IMG/VR virus record: IMGVR_UViG_3300027899_000001
Coordinates: 186,001-250,000 of that record
Strand: one strand, 5' to 3'
Length of the DNA: 64,000 nucleotides
The position numbers and the translations under genes are program-made. This document shows positions 30,301-38,927 of this stretch, in pieces (position 1 is the stretch's first letter; the number at the start of each line of letters is the position of its first letter). Below the pieces are notes generated by a model. The model was not told the origin of the DNA. It did no database searches and worked only from the letters and a program-made list of their open reading frames with translations.

Positions 30301-32556
30301 ACCTTGAGTTCCTTGAATTCCTTGAGTTCCCAGCGTACCTTGAATTCCTTGTGTTCCTTGTAAACCCGTTATTCCTTGCGAACCTTGAATTCCTTGAGTA
30401 CCATCAGTTCCCTGAATACCTTGAATACCTTGTACACTAACCCCTTGTATTCCCTGAACTCCTACTCCTTGAGGACCTTGAATACCTTGCGCTCCATCTG
30501 AAGGGCCCTGCGTTCCTTGAGCACCTTGAACACCTTGTAATCCTCCCTGAGGACCCTGAGGACCTTGTATACTTTGAATTCCCTGTATTCCTTGAACTCC
30601 ATCTATACCCTGAACTCCACTTATTCCCTGAATTCCTTGAATTCCTTGAGCACCAGTTCCGGTTATTCCTTGTATTCCTTGAGCACCTATTATTCCTTGA
30701 GAACCTATTATTCCTTGAATTCCTTGACCACCTTGAATTCCCTGACTTCCTTGAGAACCTGTTATTCCTTGACGGCCTTGAGTTCCTTGAATTCCTTGGC
30801 CTCCTTGAGAACCAGTTATTCCTTGATCACCTTGAATTCCCTGACTTCCTTGAGAACCTGTTAATCCTTGTGTTCCTTGAGTACCATCTATTCCTTGAGT
30901 TCCTTGAGAACCAGTTATTCCTTGAGCACCTTGAGTTCCTTGAATTCCTTGAGCACCTTGAGAACCAGTTATACCTTGAGTTCCTTGAGAACCAATTATT
31001 CCTTGAGCACCCTGTGTTCCTTGAATTCCTTGACTTCCTTGATCGCCTTGAATTCCTTGACTTCCTTGATCACCTTGAATTCCTTGAGTTCCTTGAGAAC
31101 CATCTATTCCTTGTGTTCCTTGAGAACCTGTTATACCTTGTGTTCCTTGAGAACCTGTTATTCCTTGAGCACCCTGTGTTCCTTGAATTCCTTGAGAACC
31201 TGTTATGCCTTGTGTTCCTTGAGAACCTGTTATACCTTGACGACCTTGAGTTCCTTGAATTCCCTGACTTCCTTGATCACCTTGAATTCCTTGACTTCCT
31301 TGATCACCTTGAATTCCTTGACTTCCTTGATCACCTTGTATTCCTTGACTTCCTTGAGAACCCGTTATGCCTTGAGTTCCTTGAGAACCTGTTATTCCTT
31401 GAGGACCTTGAGAACCTTGAATTCCTTGAGAACCTTGAATTCCCTGAGTTCCTTGAGAACCTGTTATTCCTTGACGACCCTGAGTTCCTTGAATTCCTTG
31501 AAGTCCTTGATCACCTTGAATTCCCTGACTTCCTTGAGAACCTGTTATTCCTTGAGGACCTTGAGATCCTTGAATTCCTTGAGAACCTTGAATTCCTTGA
31601 ATTCCCTGATTTCCTTGAACACCTTGAACACCTTGACGACCCTGAATTCCTTGAACTCCTTGAGTTCCTTGAACTCCTTGAACTCCAGAAGAACCAATTG
31701 ATCCTATTGTTCCTTGAATTCCTTGAACACCTTGTGTTCCTTGTATTCCTTGACGTCCCTGTACACCTTGTACACCTTGAATTCCTTGTGCACCAATTGA
31801 TCCTTGAGTACCTTGACGACCTTGAGCACCTTGTGTTCCTTGAGCACCCTGAATTCCTTGACGTCCTTGAACTCCTTGAGTTCCTTGAGGACCACTTGGA
31901 CCTTGTGCACCTGATATTCCACTGCCACCTCCACCGCCGCTTTCATTTAATCCATATTTATATGTTATCCATGAAGAACCCCATGAAGGATCATATTCAA
32001 TTGCTATAAATTCAACATATGCAAATCCTGCTTCACTTGTATCAACTACAAACGTTGATCCAGTAGAAATATCTAATAAAATTGTAAAAGGATTAGTACC
32101 AACTAAAGAACTATCAAAATAAATACCTACAACCTGAGATAAATTATCATTTTTTAATTGAATAGGAGAAGCATTAGTAATTCTGTAATATGCTTTATTA
32201 ACATCTATCTGTTTATATGATGGATTTTCATATGGCCAATTATCTCCTGCTGTACATGCATCTCTGCCAATTGTTATATCATCGATATACATTCTATAAT
32301 AATTATAATCAGCAATATTACTATTATCATATAAATTAGTATATTGATTTTTTACAACTAAATTATCAACGATTGCTGTTACAAATTCTCCAGTAGCTCC
32401 TTTTACTCGTCCCGTTGTATTAATAGGAACAACAACTACTCCAGAAGATTCATTGTAAATAAGATCCAAATAACGTTTAAATGCCTGATTATTATAATTA
32501 TAGATAGCAGGAAACTCAGGTATGAACGTAGACAGATATACATTTTTTAAATCCAT
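27301..32556 (-). CDS. Collagen-like long fibre protein, 1751 aa
   Basis: ~210-aa N-terminal domain; ~1,440 aa of Gly-X-Gln triplets; C-terminal phage fibre domain (YTVLQSDNNRII...VTIRS...WTLFGDLT). Confidence 0.85.
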   Translation of the reverse strand: MDLKNVYLSTFIPEFPAIYNYNNQAFKRYLDLIYNESSGVVVVPINTTGRVKGATGEFVTAIVDNLVVKNQYTNLYDNSNIADYNYYRMYIDDITIGRDACTAGDNWPYENPSYKQIDVNKAYYRITNASPIQLKNDNLSQVVGIYFDSSLVGTNPFTILLDISTGSTFVVDTSEAGFAYVEFIAIEYDPSWGSSWITYKYGLNESGGGGGSGISGAQGPSGPQGTQGVQGRQGIQGAQGTQGAQGRQGTQGSIGAQGIQGVQGVQGRQGIQGTQGVQGIQGTIGSIGSSGVQGVQGTQGVQGIQGRQGVQGVQGNQGIQGIQGSQGIQGSQGPQGITGSQGSQGIQGDQGLQGIQGTQGRQGITGSQGTQGIQGSQGIQGSQGPQGITGSQGTQGITGSQGSQGIQGDQGSQGIQGDQGSQGIQGDQGSQGIQGTQGRQGITGSQGTQGITGSQGIQGTQGAQGITGSQGTQGITGSQGTQGIDGSQGTQGIQGDQGSQGIQGDQGSQGIQGTQGAQGIIGSQGTQGITGSQGAQGIQGTQGAQGITGSQGTQGIDGTQGTQGLTGSQGSQGIQGDQGITGSQGGQGIQGTQGRQGITGSQGSQGIQGGQGIQGIIGSQGIIGAQGIQGITGTGAQGIQGIQGISGVQGIDGVQGIQGIQSIQGPQGPQGGLQGVQGAQGTQGPSDGAQGIQGPQGVGVQGIQGVSVQGIQGIQGTDGTQGIQGSQGITGLQGTQGIQGTLGTQGIQGTQGSQGIIGTQGIQGIDGAQGSQGTQGIQGRQGIQGSQGTQGIQGTQGIQGAQGAQGTQGTQGIQGITGFQGTQGAQGIQGSQGITGTQGIQGIDGAQGLQGAQGIQGRQGIQGAQGTQGTQGIQGSQGTQGTQGTQGITGTQGIQGIDGAQGTIGTQGTQGIDGAQGIQGIDGAQGLQGAQGIQGRQGITGTQGIQGSQGTQGTQGTQGIQGSQGITGTQGIQGIDGTQGTQGTQGTQGIDGIQGIQGTDGLQGIQGTQGTQGTQGTQGVQGIQGIYGIQGTQGTQGIQGIDGIQGIQGIDGAQGIEGAQGIQGINGIQGIQGLDGVQGIQGIEGAQGIEGAQGTQGIQGITGLQGIQGISGVQGIDGVQGIQGIQSVQGPQGPQGGLQGVQGAQGTQGPSDGAQGIQGPQGVGVQGIQGIAIQGTQGVQGIQGEGMQGVQGADGAQGPEGSQGTSGAQGAQGIQGIGGSQGIQGAQGSQGRQGITGVQGIQGIDGAQGLQGTQGIQGVTGSQGTQGIQGSQGIQGSQGIQGIQGEGIQGIQGTEGSQGIQGIEGSQGIQGLTGTQGIQGTQGTQGIQGRQGITGTQGTTGIQGVQGVQGSQGIQGSQGAQGRQGIQGTQGTQGIQGLEGTQGLQGAQGIQGRQGTQGTQGIQGSQGLQGSQGLQGSQGAQGIQGRQGTQGLEGTQGIQGVQGTQGVQGTQGTQGRQGITGSQGIEGSQGIQGTLGAQGSQGRQGIQGTQGIQGTQGTQGTQGTQGIQGTQGIQGIAGIQGINGVQGIQGSQGTQGVQGSQGIQGVTGSQGILGAQGAQGIQSAQGIQGIDGAQGIQGIIGIQGIQGILGPQGIQGIQSIQGPQGPQGGLQGVQGTQGTQGPSDGAQGIQGILGSQGVQGVQGAQGIQGTAQVLEASVNLQTGASYTVLQSDNNRIIEFSSSSAKSCILPSSVTNAQITIVNTGTGVLTIVPGSGVTIRSRDSFTSIVDLYGAASAYTISGTNWTLFGDLT
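27605..31920 (-). repeat. 9-nt period coding repeat, (Gly-X-Gln)n
   Basis: ccttg recurs every 9 nt on the plus strand. Confidence 0.95.
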
Positions 32557-32580
32557 GATAGATAAAGTATTTTTTATTTA

Positions 32581-32594
32581 TTTATTTTATATAT
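32581..32594 (-). promoter_or_regulatory. Putative late promoter motif (copy 3) for the fibre operon
   Basis: Exact motif ~25 nt upstream of the ATG at 32556. Confidence 0.6.
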
Positions 32595-32622
32595 CTCTAA
32601 AATTTGAAACAATATACTTGTC

Positions 32623-32654
32623 GTGAAAAAATTGTAAATATATGTTTTTTTCAC
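32623..32654. promoter_or_regulatory. Inverted repeat GTGAAAAAA-N14-TTTTTTCAC in the divergent intergenic region
   Basis: Perfect 9-bp arms between divergent genes; low complexity, so may be chance. Confidence 0.3.
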
Positions 32655-32697
32655 CAAATATATAGAATATAATTTAACCTTTTAAACTAAAATAAAT

Positions 32698-33915
32698 ATG
32701 AGTGAAAAATCAATAGGCGACTTCAATTGGGATATATTTGAAGACGGGTATAATGGAAGTACTAAATTAGTTCCAAATCGATCAATCAACGGTAATAACG
32801 AAAAAAATAAATGTTTCTCTCGAGAGCCTTACGCTCAACAACTCTTCGATATCTATACTGAACAAAATTCTGAAATCATCAAAAAAGATCTAAAACCTGG
32901 CGACGTTGTACGGGTAATAGATATTTTCAATATTAAAGATTCATTTATAGATATTGAACTTGCGGGAGGATTAACAATTACAATCGATTTACTAAGAGAG
33001 AAAAAATTCATACAAGTTTTTGGATACACAAGTGCTAAACAATTTACTGACTCATTAAGAGAATATGGTGCTATACGTAATTTTCTTAATAAAGGTTTAA
33101 ACGCTTATATACTTGAAGCTAGTCCTTCAGTTAAAGTTTCATTATGGCAAGGACATCTTAAATCTGTAAGAGATGAATTCATGCAAGAAATTAATAATCC
33201 AACACAAGCATATACTGCAAAAATAGTTGAAGCAAATAAAGGAGGATTTTTTGTTGAGGTTCAAGGAATTGATGCATTTATGCCAGGTTCACTTGCTGCT
33301 CCTAATAAAATAATAGACTTTCAATCTTACATAGGAAAAGAAGTTGTAGTTATGATAGAGGATTTCTTAAAAGAAATGAATTCATTTATAGTATCTCATA
33401 AAAAATATTTGGCTCATATACTTCCAATTAAAATTCAAGAATTAAATACAAGTAAAAAATATATCGGCAATGTAACTGGATGTTCTAAATATGGTATATT
33501 TATTGAATGGGAAATATTTACAGGTTTATTACACACCTCAAAAATGGATGCAGAAACAAAAGTTCAATTTAATGCTCGTAATATTAAGCCGGGTGATCCT
33601 ATTGAATTTTTTATATCTGAAATTACAAAGGATCTTCGCATAATTCTTACGAAAGAAAGTCCAGAAGATAAGTTAAATAAAATTCAAAATTTCATAGTTA
33701 GTTCAAAAGATAAGATTGTAGAATCTTCAGTTGCAGCAGTTATGAATTTTGGAGTCATAGTTAACATAGGAGATATTAACGGATTGATTCCTATTAAGGA
33801 ATTTAAGAAAAATAAAATCATGGCAAATAACTTCGTTTCAGGAGATAAAATAAATGTAATGTTCGATGAGTTTAAAGACGAGCGTATTGTGTTCAAATTA
33901 CCATTTAAAGAATAA
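32698..33915 (+). CDS. rpsA: Ribosomal protein S1 (bS1) homolog, 405 aa
   Basis: Tandem S1/OB motifs (AKIVEANKGGFFVEVQGIDAFMPGS; GNVTGCSKYGIFIE...GLLHTS; VAAVMNFGVIVNIGDINGLIP). N-terminal DFNWD resembles Bacteroidota bS1. Confidence 0.8.
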   Translation: MSEKSIGDFNWDIFEDGYNGSTKLVPNRSINGNNEKNKCFSREPYAQQLFDIYTEQNSEIIKKDLKPGDVVRVIDIFNIKDSFIDIELAGGLTITIDLLREKKFIQVFGYTSAKQFTDSLREYGAIRNFLNKGLNAYILEASPSVKVSLWQGHLKSVRDEFMQEINNPTQAYTAKIVEANKGGFFVEVQGIDAFMPGSLAAPNKIIDFQSYIGKEVVVMIEDFLKEMNSFIVSHKKYLAHILPIKIQELNTSKKYIGNVTGCSKYGIFIEWEIFTGLLHTSKMDAETKVQFNARNIKPGDPIEFFISEITKDLRIILTKESPEDKLNKIQNFIVSSKDKIVESSVAAVMNFGVIVNIGDINGLIPIKEFKKNKIMANNFVSGDKINVMFDEFKDERIVFKLPFKE

Positions 33916-33919
33916 AAGT

Positions 33920-33941
33920 AAAGGAGCCTTAGAGCTCCTTT
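33920..33941 (+). terminator. Intrinsic terminator-like hairpin after the S1 gene
   Basis: AAAGGAGC-cttaga-GCTCCTTT. Confidence 0.65.
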
Positions 33942-33949
33942 CGCGTTGA

Positions 33950-33963
33950 ATATATAAAATAAA
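33950..33963 (+). promoter_or_regulatory. Putative late promoter motif (copy 4)
   Basis: Exact motif between the hairpin and the ATG at 33974. Confidence 0.6.
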
Positions 33964-33973
33964 TGTGTAAATA

Positions 33974-35332
33974 ATGCAAGCACACTATATCAGCGAAAAA
34001 TTTACAGAAGAATCAACAGATCCAATTAGTGATCTTGGTATAGGTATAATAAATGTGAGGAAAGAGTTTAAAACAGAAGAAGAATTTCTTCCTTATCTTT
34101 ATAAAATTTCACCAATGATAATAAATATCAAAGATCCTATAGAAATAATATACGAAGGTGATAAAGACTGGATTTTAAAGCCAAGATTCTTTAATAAAAT
34201 AGAAAAATATTGTGCAAAATATATTACAATAAATGGTGAAAGAGGTGATTTTGGATTTAATCCAGGGAATTTTAAAAGATATATCTTAAAGAAAGCAAGA
34301 AAAAAAATACATGAAGCATTTCGAGAAGAATCTGATCCTACAGAAGATTTAGGAATTGGAAAAGTTCGTTGGTTTAACAAAGTAAAAGATTTTTATATAA
34401 ATCAAGTTTTTGGATATGAAGAAGATGCGGAGCTTTTCATGGAAATCGCTGATGATGAATTAGAAGAAATGTTTCAAAATCAAATAGAGCCCGATGATGC
34501 AGCAGACGAATGTTATAGTGATATTAATTTATATAACAAATGGCGTGAAATGTCGGGTATTGATGAATCTTTAAACGAAAAATTTACAGATGAATCCGAT
34601 CCTATACGTGATATGGGAATAGGCGGAGTTTTTCGTAAAAAAGATTTTCAAACTAAAGAAGAAATATTAGATTTTCTTCTATTATATATACCTAGTATTT
34701 TTAAAACAGAAGAAATTCCAGATGATATTGTATATCCTAAAGAAGCGCATCAAGGCGCATTTAAATATAAATATTGGTACGCTTTAACAGATTATTGTAA
34801 AAAATATATTACTTTAAGAAAAAAAGAAGTAATATTTGATAATCTTCTTTGTATAGATTTATGGATAAAGTTAATAAAAATGGGATATCCTAAAGTAGAA
34901 CAAACTGAAAAAAATCATGATTATGGGCGAGAAATAATAATAGAATCGTTAAACGAAAAGTTTAAAGAACAATCAGATCCTATACATGATATGGGTATTG
35001 GGTGGGATGAAAATACTATTGAAGGGTATCTTAAACTACACGGATATTCTAAAATAAATATTGATCGTAGAAAACGAGGACATATACCCGCTATTAACGT
35101 AGAATTTTCTAAAAATGATGTGAATTTTGAATTTGAGATTGTGTTAGACGATGATTGGGCGTCTTGGAGACATCAATTAGATTGGTGGGATGACAATGAT
35201 AAAAATTATGATTGTCAAACAGAGAGATGGACATTGGGAGATAAAAACGGAGAAATAGACGACGAGAAATTTATAGTGTCTATATTAAAACGAAGATTAA
35301 ATAAATATAATAAACAACATGCGCAAACCTAA
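33974..35332 (+). CDS. Four-module SDP-GIG-tagged polyprotein (putative internal head protein precursor), 452 aa
   Basis: Tag copies at 33974-34045, 34307-34360, 34571-34624 and 34949-35002, each preceded by (I/L)xE. Confidence 0.7.
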   Translation: MQAHYISEKFTEESTDPISDLGIGIINVRKEFKTEEEFLPYLYKISPMIINIKDPIEIIYEGDKDWILKPRFFNKIEKYCAKYITINGERGDFGFNPGNFKRYILKKARKKIHEAFREESDPTEDLGIGKVRWFNKVKDFYINQVFGYEEDAELFMEIADDELEEMFQNQIEPDDAADECYSDINLYNKWREMSGIDESLNEKFTDESDPIRDMGIGGVFRKKDFQTKEEILDFLLLYIPSIFKTEEIPDDIVYPKEAHQGAFKYKYWYALTDYCKKYITLRKKEVIFDNLLCIDLWIKLIKMGYPKVEQTEKNHDYGREIIIESLNEKFKEQSDPIHDMGIGWDENTIEGYLKLHGYSKINIDRRKRGHIPAINVEFSKNDVNFEFEIVLDDDWASWRHQLDWWDDNDKNYDCQTERWTLGDKNGEIDDEKFIVSILKRRLNKYNKQHAQT

Positions 35333-36752
35333 GTCATATTCAGTTTTAGAAGTATTAAATTACGCAGATATCGGACTTACTTTTGAGTTCTATTCTACTA
35401 AAGAATCGAATTTCATAGTGAACGATCTCTCTAATCGTACTTCTAAAAACGTGTTATTAACTAATGAAACTAAATATTATCCTACGTATTCAGATGCGAT
35501 ATTATTGAAAGAATACGAAGCTAAAAGATCTCGCTATAAATTTTTATTAGCTCCTCAGAATTATCATTCGATTCTCCCAATTATTGATAGTGTTACTCAA
35601 TGGATATCAGAAAGCGCTGAGACTGCCCATGATACAGTATTAAAGATATCTCTATCCTTTAATCATCACCAATTAGAAACACTTTCTACAATTTCAAACA
35701 TGAGTCCTACGAAGTTAATGCTAAAATTTGATGAAAGCTTTGTGTATTCAAGATTTCCAGAACAAAAACATTCACCGTACGCGCTATCTATAAAAACATT
35801 AACACCCGTATCCACTTATGTTAATGAAACTGAAATTGCTCAAAATATAGACTATATTTTAACTTTACCTTCTGCAACTTATTATGGAATAGATTTTTCT
35901 AATTATACAAGAGGAATTCTTGAATGTAATTATATTGGTGGAAAAAATTATGCAAATAAGCCTAAAGAAATAAAAGATTTGTTAGAATATTTCATTCTTA
36001 AAACTTATCAAAGCTTAAATGAAGAAGAATATACTTTATTTGAAATTGAAGAAATGAAAAGGTTAACTGAAGATTTTGTAAAAATTCAAATGAGTTATTA
36101 TGATCCTGAAATATTCTTGAAAGAATTTCAAAATATAAAAGTATATGTTGATTTAAAAATGGCAAATCAAACTCTTAAAACGTATTGGAATTTAATAAGA
36201 AAGCCTTTATTTGAAATGATATTGAATGGACATTTAAGAGAAGGACAATTTAATTATGATACTGAGGTTGGAAGATTTCAATTGAGAAAAGGTTATATAG
36301 GAGGAACATTATTAAAGAATTTAGATTTTGTTAAATGTGAAATTACAGGAGTTATGGAAAATTGCACATTCACAGATTGTAATGTAGTTAATTCTAGAGT
36401 ATATAATTCAAAATTTGTTCAAGGAAATAAAGCTATAAATTCATATCTTGAAGGTGTAAGTATCAATAAACAAAACGAAGTTATTAAATCTTATATAATT
36501 AATAATGAAGAAATTGTGAATTGCGCTATTAAAGAAAGTGTAATTAAATTTGCAACACCTGGTAAAAATATTACCCTTGATGAAGATAGCACAATGGTTA
36601 CTAAAAAAGAAAGACTTCCTGAAAAAACAGAAGCTGTTCAAGTAGAAGAAATCCGGGACTATAGTTGGATAAAAAAGATGAATAAGAAATCGGATGATAT
36701 AGGTTATGGAAATCTTTATGATAGAACAAAATATCTAAAAAAAGAAGAATAA
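35319..36752 (+). CDS. Amidoligase-like (COOH-NH2 ligase fold) protein, probably degenerate, with C-terminal beta-helix-like region, 477 aa
   Basis: IGLTFEFY, YYGIDFS and LECNYIGGKNY echo the GxExE, Y..(I/V)N and EFR motifs of phage amidoligases; short hydrophobic periodicity at the C-terminus. Confidence 0.45.
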   Translation: MRKPKSYSVLEVLNYADIGLTFEFYSTKESNFIVNDLSNRTSKNVLLTNETKYYPTYSDAILLKEYEAKRSRYKFLLAPQNYHSILPIIDSVTQWISESAETAHDTVLKISLSFNHHQLETLSTISNMSPTKLMLKFDESFVYSRFPEQKHSPYALSIKTLTPVSTYVNETEIAQNIDYILTLPSATYYGIDFSNYTRGILECNYIGGKNYANKPKEIKDLLEYFILKTYQSLNEEEYTLFEIEEMKRLTEDFVKIQMSYYDPEIFLKEFQNIKVYVDLKMANQTLKTYWNLIRKPLFEMILNGHLREGQFNYDTEVGRFQLRKGYIGGTLLKNLDFVKCEITGVMENCTFTDCNVVNSRVYNSKFVQGNKAINSYLEGVSINKQNEVIKSYIINNEEIVNCAIKESVIKFATPGKNITLDEDSTMVTKKERLPEKTEAVQVEEIRDYSWIKKMNKKSDDIGYGNLYDRTKYLKKEE

Positions 36753-37487
36753 ATGACTAAACAAGAAGTTGTACAATATGTTAATGGAGAAATCACAGCA
36801 TCGTGCTCTATTCCATTTTCTGTACCAGAAGCTGAAATATTAAGATTAATAGATTTAGAATCTAAATGGCTTTACCGTGAATATCGAGACGCAGTACAAG
36901 ATGGTTATTATGTGTTAGATAAAAAGTATTATCAAACATCTGAATGGAGGTCAACAAGAACATTTCAATTACCTGATTGCGTTATGGCAATTAAATATAT
37001 TTACGAAATGACTTCAGGCCAAAGAGTTTTTGGTATTCATGACCCAGATATGAATTTTGATAGATTAATGGCAGCTGATTTATATTTGACTCCTCTTTCT
37101 TCAGATCAAATAACATACAGAACAATTCAATGGAGTTTTTGGGATTTGGCAAAGCAATTTAACTTAAGAGATATTAATCATCATTTTAGTATAAATACAA
37201 AAAGATTAATAATTACAGGTAGAGATCCAGTAGAATCTCTTTGGCTTACAACATTAAATGCAATTCCAAATGAAGATCTTTATGATGATCCTGTTTTTAT
37301 ACGTTGGATAATAGCAAAAGCAAAAGTACAATTAGCAAGAATTATTGGAACATTTAACTATACACTTATTGGAGGCATTCAAATAAATTATAATGATATA
37401 AGAATAGAAGGACAAGAAGAATTAAAAGAATTAAAAGATAAAATTAAGAGCGATTCACCAGCTGATTGGTTCATGATGTTTTCATAA
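36753..37487 (+). CDS. Neck/head-tail adaptor protein, T4 gp13-like, 244 aa
   Basis: C-terminal AKAKVQLARIIGTFNYTLIGGIQINYNDIRIEGQEELKEL matches the gp13-type LPGGVxxN...E..E..L pattern. Confidence 0.65.
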   Translation: MTKQEVVQYVNGEITASCSIPFSVPEAEILRLIDLESKWLYREYRDAVQDGYYVLDKKYYQTSEWRSTRTFQLPDCVMAIKYIYEMTSGQRVFGIHDPDMNFDRLMAADLYLTPLSSDQITYRTIQWSFWDLAKQFNLRDINHHFSINTKRLIITGRDPVESLWLTTLNAIPNEDLYDDPVFIRWIIAKAKVQLARIIGTFNYTLIGGIQINYNDIRIEGQEELKELKDKIKSDSPADWFMMFS

Positions 37488-37503
37488 TGAACCACTTATG
37501 AAT

Positions 37504-38871
37504 ATGAAATTAATTAGAGAAAATATAATAAACGAAAAATTTAGAGAAGAATCTGATCCTATTAAAGATATGGGTATAGGAATGAAACGTATATATTATT
37601 CTTTTGCACCTCAAGAAACTCAATATATTTTATTACTTCGTTGTGAAAAAATGTCTGAAAAATTAGAAGATTTTTTCATACGTCATTCTTTTTTTTGGTA
37701 TAATAAGAATAATGCATGGGAATCATCTTGGGCATATCCAAAAGATAGATGTATAAGAGAAGCTTCAAAAATATTTAAACAAATAGAAAAACTTAAAACT
37801 TACAAAGTTGTATTAGACAGAGACGAAGAAGTCTTTTTTACAGTTCCTGGCTATAATGTAAATGAAGGTGTAGCAGATAAATATACGAGACAAGATCCAC
37901 ATTTATCTCGTGTTCCTGTAGAACATGAAGATTTTGAAAGAGGATATGAGGAAAAAGAAGCTGAAGGAAAACAAAAAGAAGATAGAGATAAAATTGTATA
38001 TAAGGTTAGTAATCATGTATACGTAATGAAAAATCCCACTTCTTTAGAAAAATTCTCTCCCGATTCACGTGCAATTGTAAATAAAAATGGAGATTTATAT
38101 GTTACTACATATAATGTTATGACTCATGATGAAATGGCTCGAAGATTGGAAAAATTAGGAGAATTAAAATATCAAGATAAATGGTGGCAAAAATCTCCAA
38201 CAGAATTTATCACTATTCAAAGAATGTATAAAGAAAATAAATTTGTATTAGGAGAATCTAATGAAGCTATTATGTATTATGTAGATGCTAGTAGAAGAGC
38301 GATATATAATATGCCTGATACTGTTGAATCTGCTAAAAAAGCATTTATACCTTTTCTTGAAAAAGCGAAAAAAGTAAATCCTCAATATCAATTTATTGAT
38401 AAATCTTTAGATGATTTACTTTATTATGCTCCACATCCTGTTAAAGAAAGTTTAATTAATGAGCCTAAATCAATTACACAAGCAGAAAAACAGTTAGCAA
38501 AAGATAGAGAAATGCCCGGACTTAATAAAAGAATATTAAAAACTATTAAAGATAGAGGTGGTGATATCGTCAAAATTTATGCTGTTAATGCAGATTATGT
38601 AAGAGATAAAAAACCAGGATTAAATTTCGATGGATTCACAGATGGAGGACATCATTATGTAACAAGCTTACCCGGATATAAAAAATGGATACCGGAAAAT
38701 GAAATTTGGATAGATGATGTATTTATGATGAAACCGAATGATTTACGAGCAATACTACAACATGAATTTACAGAAAGAAATCTAATGAAGTATAAACATT
38801 GGTCTTATGATAAGGCTCACGATTATGCAAATAAAAAAGAATCAGAATACAGAGAAAGAGTTAAAAAATAA
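37504..38871 (+). CDS. SDP-GIG-tagged multi-domain protein with C-terminal HExxE...H putative metal site
   Basis: MKLIRENIINEKFREESDPIKDMGIG (start likely the second Met at 37504); internal VNE and ESLINE junction-like sites; QHEFTERNLM...YDKAHDYA. Confidence 0.65.
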   Translation: MKLIRENIINEKFREESDPIKDMGIGMKRIYYSFAPQETQYILLLRCEKMSEKLEDFFIRHSFFWYNKNNAWESSWAYPKDRCIREASKIFKQIEKLKTYKVVLDRDEEVFFTVPGYNVNEGVADKYTRQDPHLSRVPVEHEDFERGYEEKEAEGKQKEDRDKIVYKVSNHVYVMKNPTSLEKFSPDSRAIVNKNGDLYVTTYNVMTHDEMARRLEKLGELKYQDKWWQKSPTEFITIQRMYKENKFVLGESNEAIMYYVDASRRAIYNMPDTVESAKKAFIPFLEKAKKVNPQYQFIDKSLDDLLYYAPHPVKESLINEPKSITQAEKQLAKDREMPGLNKRILKTIKDRGGDIVKIYAVNADYVRDKKPGLNFDGFTDGGHHYVTSLPGYKKWIPENEIWIDDVFMMKPNDLRAILQHEFTERNLMKYKHWSYDKAHDYANKKESEYRERVKK

Positions 38872-38897
38872 GGGAGAATTTTTCTCCCTTTCGTTTT
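38870..38897 (+). terminator. Intrinsic terminator-like hairpin
   Basis: AAGGGAGA-atttt-TCTCCCTT followed by TCGTTTT. Confidence 0.65.
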
Positions 38898-38904
38898 ATA
38901 GAAG

Positions 38905-38918
38905 ATATATAAAATAAA
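38905..38918 (+). promoter_or_regulatory. Putative late promoter motif (copy 5)
   Basis: Exact motif between the hairpin and the ATG at 38928. Confidence 0.6.
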
Positions 38919-38927
38919 AAGTATTTA

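Noticed and set aside
27594-32009. Long plus-strand and alternate-frame ORFs (LEFLE.., LNSL..) over the collagen gene
   Set aside because: Shadow frames created by the stop-poor 9-nt repeat
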